Shown here: positions 57,456 through 64,000 of the stretch, piece by piece
Layout of the letters: each line of letters starts with the position of its first letter
Position numbering within the stretch: position 1 is the stretch's first letter
Source: Candidatus Omnitrophota bacterium
Lineage (GTDB): Bacteria; Ratteibacteria; UBA8468; B48-G9; DTJG01
Assembly: GCA_023818965.1 (NCBI GenBank)
Contig: JAMWCD010000001.1
Coordinates: forward strand, 9,509-73,508
DNA: 64,000 bases
Reading direction: 5' to 3'
Translations under genes and position numbers: made by a program
The notes under the pieces: generated by a model
Database searches by the model: none
What the model saw: the letters and a program-made list of their open reading frames with translations, nothing else
What the model was told of the DNA's origin: nothing

Positions 57456-57476
57456 GCTCCTTTACTTTTATTATCT

Positions 57477-59213
57477 TCACCATATGAGTTTCCAGTTGGT
57501 TGGAAGAAAAATTCTTCGGCCTCCAACAAAACCTGCATAAATTTTTGTCCTGTCAGGAGAAAAAGCATTTCCATCAAAAAAAATTGTGCCATTATTTAAA
57601 TTTACTGTTCCATTCGCAACAAGGCATCCTGTAATGGTTGTATTAGCGTTATTCAATGTGATATTGCCAGTTGTTCCGTATGAATAGATAAGACCCTGAA
57701 TCTTCGCATAATTTGATCCACTGCCTATGTTAATGGAACAATTACTTCCAATAGAATATCCCACGAGTGTTGCCTGTTCATTTAAGTTTTGAATTCTATT
57801 TGAAATAAAATCTACATTGCCACCAGTTCCAATATTCACTGTCAGTGGATTTGTGGATGTCGCAAGAAATATTGCATAGGTCTGGTTATCCCCGAGAATA
57901 ATGTTAGGGGTTGAATTGAAAGTAACAGTTGTTGTACGAGGAGAATAAACAATTATTGTACCACTTTTTCCGCTTGTTCGTGCATCAATTGTGAAGTTTG
58001 TTGCACCAGGAGTTATTGATAGTGATGTATTTGTTACAAATGCTCCATTGATTGTGATATTCGGTTTGTTTATTGTAATTGTTCCATCTCCATTATAATC
58101 ATAGCAAATCAGGTCATAACCGCTTATTGTTGTATTCGGATAGATGTTTATTGTGCCAATCCCATCACCATTTGCATCTGCTTCAAAAATTGCTGAACTA
58201 TTTAAATTGATTGATCCATTAAGTGTGATACTTCCATCAGCAAGAACAGAATTAACAATACTTGTTCCATTGAAATATGCTCCACCACTTCTTCCTGATG
58301 GCGAAAAGCTTGCCCTTACATAAATTTTTCTGTTTCCCAGTGGTACAAAAGAACTACTGAAAATAAATGTTTCTGTACCTGTGCCATCAGATACATATGT
58401 TACTCCGCCTCCTGGATAAATATCAATCCGGTCCCATGAGCCACCATCAATCCTGTACCTTGGTTGGCCTCGTTGCTGGAACTCAATCCAGCCTGCTGGT
58501 GCTGGGTCAGGCGGGGCAGATTCAAATGGAAGGGAAGGTACTACTGGTAATGGAGGAGAAACATTTGTTTCTGTCCATGTTGCATCAGTCCATGATGCAG
58601 GCCAGGGTGATGGTTTTGAAGACATTGTTGCGATATTTCCTTTTACTGTTGCCCCTGTTCCTGTTACACTACTGGCATAAATTACATGTTTATTGAATGC
58701 TTCAGGAATGCCTTTTGTGTCTGTATTTGTAGAATCTGCAAGGGGTTTATTAAGATTTATGGCATCGCTCAGTGTTCTAATGCTTACAGCAATTTTTGCT
58801 GTTCTTCCCCTGAATTTTCCTGTTGAAAAAATTGTATCAGGTTGAGTTCCATCATTAATACGGAGTTCAACTTTTACTCCATCATTTATTGATGCAAGAG
58901 GGATACCAAGGTCTGTCGCCTTTATCTCATATGAGTAAGTTGTGTTGTTTGCAGGATTTGTAACAAGGCATTCTCCATCAGATGTGAATCCATAATAATG
59001 GTCTGGGTCATGGTATCTGTAATTGAGTTTATAAAGTGCATCAGCAATTCCAATTTTTGCAAGATTAAAAGCGATGTTTCTATCCCTGAAATAAGATGCC
59101 CTCCTATATGCAGTTGTACTTGTAAGGACAACAGAAAGGATAATTGCTGAAAAGAGCATTATCAGTACAATCACAACAATAATTGCGACACCATTTTTTT
59201 TCTTTATATTCAT
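57477..59213 (-). CDS. PilX/GspK-like large minor pilin with beta-rich C-terminal domain
   Basis: KKKNG|VAIIV (no Glu5), AFNLAKIGIADA; long Gly/Thr/Asn/Ile-rich beta-helix-like tail ending in W. Confidence 0.75.
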   Translation of the reverse strand: MNIKKKNGVAIIVVIVLIMLFSAIILSVVLTSTTAYRRASYFRDRNIAFNLAKIGIADALYKLNYRYHDPDHYYGFTSDGECLVTNPANNTTYSYEIKATDLGIPLASINDGVKVELRINDGTQPDTIFSTGKFRGRTAKIAVSIRTLSDAINLNKPLADSTNTDTKGIPEAFNKHVIYASSVTGTGATVKGNIATMSSKPSPWPASWTDATWTETNVSPPLPVVPSLPFESAPPDPAPAGWIEFQQRGQPRYRIDGGSWDRIDIYPGGGVTYVSDGTGTETFIFSSSFVPLGNRKIYVRASFSPSGRSGGAYFNGTSIVNSVLADGSITLNGSINLNSSAIFEADANGDGIGTINIYPNTTISGYDLICYDYNGDGTITINKPNITINGAFVTNTSLSITPGATNFTIDARTSGKSGTIIVYSPRTTTVTFNSTPNIILGDNQTYAIFLATSTNPLTVNIGTGGNVDFISNRIQNLNEQATLVGYSIGSNCSINIGSGSNYAKIQGLIYSYGTTGNITLNNANTTITGCLVANGTVNLNNGTIFFDGNAFSPDRTKIYAGFVGGRRIFLPTNWKLIW

Positions 59214-59806
59214 CTGAAAACATAAACAAGGTCATCAGAATTTGCCGGAACAGTTTGACTTCCGGCGTTTGTTTGTAATTTACCATCAGGGCCTGCTGAA
59301 TAAATAATCATTACTTTATCGGTTGAATTATAGGCAACAAGATATGGATGACCCCATGGATCCAGTGGTGTACCGTCAAGGGTATCAGGATACGGAGGAG
59401 CATTGAAATCAGGCCAGCCAGTAGCGCCATCAATTGCTGGTAAACTTCCCTTACCTAAACCTGGATGGAATACTGTATTTTGCTGGAAAACCATGTATGG
59501 ACCATCCCATCTATCACTGCTGGTTATCTGGCTTTCGTTTCCTGTATCATCCTGTTGTGTGGAAGGATTGTAGTAAACATTAACAGGGGTCGTTGCATTG
59601 TCCAGGTCACATAGTTTCACATAATAACCAATGTCATTTTTTGCCTGAATAACAGCACTTGCAATGGATGCCATTTCATTTTTTGCTTTGTCTCTTGCTG
59701 CTTTTACCCTTGCTTTTCTCAGTGCAGGCAATAACATCGCAGCAAGCATTGCAATAATCACCATTACAACAAGTAATTCAATTACTGTAAAACCACGCTT
59801 TTTCAT
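59210..59806 (-). CDS. Second GspG-like pilin
   Basis: KRG|FTVIE, WDGPY, DPWGHPY, YSAGPDG...DDL. Confidence 0.8.
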   Translation of the reverse strand: MKKRGFTVIELLVVMVIIAMLAAMLLPALRKARVKAARDKAKNEMASIASAVIQAKNDIGYYVKLCDLDNATTPVNVYYNPSTQQDDTGNESQITSSDRWDGPYMVFQQNTVFHPGLGKGSLPAIDGATGWPDFNAPPYPDTLDGTPLDPWGHPYLVAYNSTDKVMIIYSAGPDGKLQTNAGSQTVPANSDDLVYVFR

Positions 59807-60430
59807 TTACTGCCCCCAGTACGATTGAACACCATCTGCAACTATATCAATGCAGTTACCTGTTGCATCACAGGCAACATTTACACCTTCTGTAGGTCCT
59901 CTGTTGCTACTGGAATAATAAACAACCTTTGATTCTAAAACCCATGATGCAGAGCCATCAAGATATTGAACATTCATCCCATACTTATGATTTCCATAAT
60001 CTGCTGCAGAACCAACAAAAATTCCCCTGTCACTGATGACAGGAACAGGGTTGGGACAATTATTTCCAGTTGTTAAACCAAAAACAAAAGAATATGAATC
60101 ATTCCAGTTTGATGAATTGATTTCATTTGGTTGTCTTATGCCCCTTGAAATTGTACTTGGACACCAGAAAGTTTGAGGGGTCTTGATGAATTCGGGATAA
60201 ATGCTGGTATAGATTGCTTGTCCCTTTGCAGGATAGTTTTCAAAATAATCTTCTGCGTACATTTCATATGCTGCCATAATTTGCTTGAGATTATTAAGAC
60301 AGGTTGTTCTTCTTGCCCTTTCCCTCGCTCCTGATAGCGCTGGTAGTAACATCCCTGCAAGGATTGCTATTATTGCTATGACAATGAGAATTTCTACAAG
60401 CGTAAAGCCATTTTTTTTATCTGGTTTCAC
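59807..60430 (-). CDS. Prepilin with H-X9-DG motif (DUF1559-like)
   Basis: G|[51 protein letters not shown]. Confidence 0.88.
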   Translation of the reverse strand: MKPDKKNGFTLVEILIVIAIIAILAGMLLPALSGARERARRTTCLNNLKQIMAAYEMYAEDYFENYPAKGQAIYTSIYPEFIKTPQTFWCPSTISRGIRQPNEINSSNWNDSYSFVFGLTTGNNCPNPVPVISDRGIFVGSAADYGNHKYGMNVQYLDGSASWVLESKVVYYSSSNRGPTEGVNVACDATGNCIDIVADGVQSYWGQ

Positions 60431-61755
60431 TCACCACCTCCTTCGCCTCCGCCACCTCCTGCACCTCCTGAAAGGCTCAATGCTATTTTAATCAAAGGCA
60501 TAAATAATGAAATAACAATAAAACCAACAACAACTCCAAGGCAAACAATGAGAATTGGCTCAATCATTGATGTCATTGCTGCAACTGCTGCGTCAACCTC
60601 TGCTTCGTATGCATCAGCGACCTTTTCAAGCATTGAATCCATTGCGCCTGTTTCTTCTCCAACAGCAATCATATTTGTTACCATTGGTGGAAATGCACCT
60701 GTGCGAAGCATAACACCTGAAATTCCTTCGCCTTCACGAACCCTATTTCGGATTTCATTAATGGCATTTGAAATTACTTCATTTCCGACAGTATCCCTGA
60801 CAATCTGAAGGGATTGGAGAATTGGTACACCACTGGTAATCAAAGTCGCAAATGTTCTTGCAAACCTTGCTATGATTGTTTTTGATATTACAGGTCCAAA
60901 CAAAAACATTCTGAGTTTCACCTTGTCTATCAAATATCTTGTGAATTTGATTTTTGTTGCTATTTTATAAAGGATAGCGAGTGCGAAGACAAATCCAACG
61001 ATTAAATAAGAACGTTCTGCCATCAATTTGGAAATTTTGATTAGAAGTTTTGTTGCTGCAGGGAGATCTCCAACTTCCATATCTTCAAAAATCTTTGTAA
61101 ATGTTGGAACAATCTTAACCATAATGAAAGTCAAAATTCCTATCATAACAACAATAACTACAGAAGGATATGCCATTGCTGATTTTATTTTTCCTCTGAG
61201 TTTTGCTTCTTTTTCCATAAATTCTGCCAATCTACTCAAGACAGATTCCAGAGCACCACCTGCTTCACCTGCTTTCACCATTGCAACATAAATTCTTGGA
61301 AAACTTGATGGAAATTTTGCCAGGGCTTCAGAGAAAAGTGCTCCCTGTTCAATTTCACTTGCGACCCGATTTAAAACCTTTGCTGCACCCCCCTTTCTCT
61401 GTTGCTCAAGAACTTTCAATGCACGTAAAAGGGGTAACCCTGAACCTATGAGAGTGGCAAGCTGGCGGGTAATAACCATCAATTCCTTTGGTTTTATTTT
61501 CGATCCACCGCCAAGAAACGGTATATTTATGCTCAGTCCACCGCCTGTCTTTTTCTTTGGTGGTGCCTTTGTTGCCTGCTTTGCTGCTGGCGCAGAAGAT
61601 TTTGCTGGTGCAGTTGATTTTCCAGCACTCACACCTGTAACAAAATATCCCATTGCCTTCAGTTTTCCTATGGCATCCTGTGAACTTGATGCCTCAATGG
61701 TTCCACTTATTGCCTTTCCTGTTGCATCAAGTGCAGAGTAGTGGAAATTTGGCAT
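60427..61755 (-). CDS. pilC: PilC/GspF platform protein
   Basis: [36 protein letters not shown]. Confidence 0.93.
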   Translation of the reverse strand: MPNFHYSALDATGKAISGTIEASSSQDAIGKLKAMGYFVTGVSAGKSTAPAKSSAPAAKQATKAPPKKKTGGGLSINIPFLGGGSKIKPKELMVITRQLATLIGSGLPLLRALKVLEQQRKGGAAKVLNRVASEIEQGALFSEALAKFPSSFPRIYVAMVKAGEAGGALESVLSRLAEFMEKEAKLRGKIKSAMAYPSVVIVVMIGILTFIMVKIVPTFTKIFEDMEVGDLPAATKLLIKISKLMAERSYLIVGFVFALAILYKIATKIKFTRYLIDKVKLRMFLFGPVISKTIIARFARTFATLITSGVPILQSLQIVRDTVGNEVISNAINEIRNRVREGEGISGVMLRTGAFPPMVTNMIAVGEETGAMDSMLEKVADAYEAEVDAAVAAMTSMIEPILIVCLGVVVGFIVISLFMPLIKIALSLSGGAGGGGGEGGGE

Positions 61756-61815
61756 TTTTACCTCCTTCGCCTTCCAATATATAATACCCCTTGTTCTGCA
61801 CCATGTAAATACTGA

Positions 61816-63540
61816 TTAACCATAACCATGGACTTCTTTCATAACTTCTTCCACAGATGTAATGCCAAGATTGATTTTTTCTATTCCATCTTCAACAAGT
61901 GTTTTCATTTTGCATTCTTTTACAGCAATCTCACGTATTTCGCCAAGGGGTCTATTCTCAAGAACAGCGCGCCATAGATTTTCATTGGGAATAAGAATTT
62001 CAAATATTCCTGTCCTTCCTTTGTATCCACCCCTGCAAAATGGACATCCAACGGGCTTGTAAAACTTCATTTTCTCAACCTGCTCGTCAGATAATCCAAG
62101 TTCAATAATTTCCTGTTTTGTTGGTCTATACTCTTGTTTACATCTTGGACATAGAACCCTGACAAGTCGCTGGGCAATAATGCCTTCAATTGTTGATGCA
62201 AGAAGAAATGGTTCAACCTTCATATCAACAAGTCGCATGATTGTTGTTGGTGCATCATTGGTGTGAAGGGTGCTTAATACAAGATGTCCTGTTAATGATG
62301 ACTGTATTGCCATTTGTGCTGTGTCAAAGTCACGCACCTCTCCTACAAGGATAATATCAGGGTCCTGACGAAGTATACTTCTAATACAGGCAGCAAATGT
62401 TAATCCAATACTTTCTTTCACAGGCACCTGTACTGCTCCCTCAAGCATATACTCAACAGGGTCCTCTGTTGTAATGAGTTTTACTTCCGGGGTATTGAGT
62501 TTTCGCAAAAGAGCATAAAGGGTTGTTGTTTTACCACATCCAGTAGGACCTGTCGCAAGAATAATACCATGGGGCTTATGAATAAGTTTTTCAACTATTT
62601 CCATATCTCGTGGCAATAGCCCGAGGTTTTCCATGTCAAAAATTGTTTTTCCTCTGTCAAGAACACGAATTGCAAGACATTCTCCAAACACTGTCGGAAC
62701 AGTATTCACACGTAAATCAACAGGTCGACCCATTACAGATAATTCAATACGGCCATCCTGAGGAAGACGTCTTTCGGCAATATCCATTGAAGCCATGATT
62801 TTGAACCTGCAGAATAGAGCAAAGGCAAGTCCTTTTGGTGGATGTACCATGTCATAAAGCACTCCATCAACCCTGTACCTTACCCTGAAATCATTTTCAA
62901 ATGGTTCAAGGTGAACGTCTGATGCATTGTCTCTTACTGTTTGCAATAAAATCAAATCAAACAACTTTACCACTGGTGGCAGTGTTGCTATTTCTTCAAG
63001 GCTTGTGATTGTTGCATATTCACCACTGGCTGAAGCAATTGTTTCAAGTTCTTCCATTTCAGACATATCCTGAGAAATCCATTTGATCAGGTCATCAATT
63101 GTCTCAATTTCTGACCCATAATAAACATTGATGTTTTCCTTAATGTCTTCTTCATCTGCAAGAACCATCTTGATTTTGTATCCAAGAATGAATGAAATAT
63201 CATCCTGAATGTTCAAACTCAGTGTGTCTCCAACAGCAAGTGTTAAGACATTTTTCTCAAGTTTTATTGGTAGTACCGTATATGTTTTTGCGAGGGCTGA
63301 TGGAAAAACATTAATAGCATTTTTATCTATGACAGTATTTTTTAAGTCAATCATCTCAATGCCTGCCTGCATACTTAATATTCTCTTCAATTCCTTTTCA
63401 TCAATATAACCTTTGTCAACAAGAATTCTGCCAAGGAAACGACCTGTTTTTACCTGTTCTTTCAATGCCTCTTCAAGTTGTTTTTCAGTAATAAGCCCTG
63501 CCTCAATCAGCATTTGTCCGAGAAGTTTTCTTTCAGCCAT
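61816..63540 (-). CDS. pilB: PilB/GspE assembly ATPase
   Basis: MshEN-like N-terminus (KLLGQMLIEAGLI), GPTGCGKTTT, EDPVEY, LRQDPD, tetracysteine motif. Confidence 0.93.
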   Translation of the reverse strand: MAERKLLGQMLIEAGLITEKQLEEALKEQVKTGRFLGRILVDKGYIDEKELKRILSMQAGIEMIDLKNTVIDKNAINVFPSALAKTYTVLPIKLEKNVLTLAVGDTLSLNIQDDISFILGYKIKMVLADEEDIKENINVYYGSEIETIDDLIKWISQDMSEMEELETIASASGEYATITSLEEIATLPPVVKLFDLILLQTVRDNASDVHLEPFENDFRVRYRVDGVLYDMVHPPKGLAFALFCRFKIMASMDIAERRLPQDGRIELSVMGRPVDLRVNTVPTVFGECLAIRVLDRGKTIFDMENLGLLPRDMEIVEKLIHKPHGIILATGPTGCGKTTTLYALLRKLNTPEVKLITTEDPVEYMLEGAVQVPVKESIGLTFAACIRSILRQDPDIILVGEVRDFDTAQMAIQSSLTGHLVLSTLHTNDAPTTIMRLVDMKVEPFLLASTIEGIIAQRLVRVLCPRCKQEYRPTKQEIIELGLSDEQVEKMKFYKPVGCPFCRGGYKGRTGIFEILIPNENLWRAVLENRPLGEIREIAVKECKMKTLVEDGIEKINLGITSVEEVMKEVHGYG

Positions 63541-63541
63541 G

Positions 63542-64000
63542 TTATCCCTTTGCTTCCTCTTCCTCTATTACTATGCTTTCACCGTACTTTTTTGAAGCAA
63601 GTTTTTCATCAATGAAACCTTCTGCTGCAAGTTGAAGTTTTACCTGTTCAGGGTCGTGACTGTAAATCATTACATCTTCAAAAGATATTTTTCCTTCCTT
63701 GAACAATTTCATCAAGGATGCATCAAGGGTAATCATTCCCATCTTCATTCCTGTTTGAATATCTGAAAGAATTCTATAGGTTTTTCTTTCACGAATGAGG
63801 TTTTGTATTGATGGGGTAGCAATCATAATTTCAAAGGCAGCGACCCTTCCTGGTTTATCCTTTCGTCTTAAAAGGATTTGAGATATGATCGCCAGGATTG
63901 AAACAGAAAGCATAACCCTGATTTGTTCCTGCTGGGCAACAGGGAAAACATTGACAATTCTATCGATCGTTCGAGTTGCCCCTGTTGTATGGAGAGTTCC
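63542..64000 (-). CDS. pilT: PilT retraction ATPase (C-terminal part; 5' end outside window)
   Basis: Frame from window edge reads GTLHTTGATRTIDRIVNVFP..QQEQIR and later SIQNLIRE (AIRNLIRE motif). Confidence 0.9.
   Translation of the reverse strand, partial: GTLHTTGATRTIDRIVNVFPVAQQEQIRVMLSVSILAIISQILLRRKDKPGRVAAFEIMIATPSIQNLIRERKTYRILSDIQTGMKMGMITLDASLMKLFKEGKISFEDVMIYSHDPEQVKLQLAAEGFIDEKLASKKYGESIVIEEEEAKG

Noticed and set aside
1281-63595. Numerous 60-150 aa antisense or alternate-frame ORFs inside long genes
   Set aside because: Shadow ORFs of well-supported CDSs with no independent motifs.

Overview
AT-rich, gene-dense bacterial chromosomal window. A PVC-superphylum origin (Omnitrophota/Ratteibacteria-like) is inferred from the H-X9-DG prepilin and dockerin protein but is not proven. 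Layout: (1) 1-19.8 kb, + strand surface-glycan locus with two radical SAM enzymes, flippase, two cytidylyltransferases, methyltransferases, aminotransferase, glycosyltransferases, an AsnB-type amidotransferase and one broken paralog. (2) 20-28 kb: an unannotated 25-aa (TAKK)n basic peptide with its own terminator, an ERIC-like miniature element, an atypical M24-fold enzyme, diguanylate cyclase, epimerase/DHDPS-like pair and P-type ATPase. (3) 28.4-36.3 kb: an RpiR-led sugar operon of FGGY kinase, RuBisCO-like protein (form IV), xylose-isomerase-like enzyme and an E2/E1a/E1b complex, with no aldolase. This is the best candidate for an undescribed pathway. (4) FAD oxidoreductase, secreted dockerin protein, peroxiredoxin, tRNA-Gln(CTG), TPR/beta-barrel/ExbB/ExbD/TonB cluster, csp, two small unannotated ORFs, and rsmA-pdxA-surA. 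(5) 51.4-64 kb, - strand: PilT/PilB/PilC motor followed by two parallel sets of pilins/pseudopilins, interrupted by a RelE-type toxin-antitoxin pair. Four intergenic clusters of C5/G5 hairpin repeats sit at module boundaries. No CRISPR array, rRNA, transposase or integrase was seen. All functional calls come from motif recognition by eye; no database searches were run.
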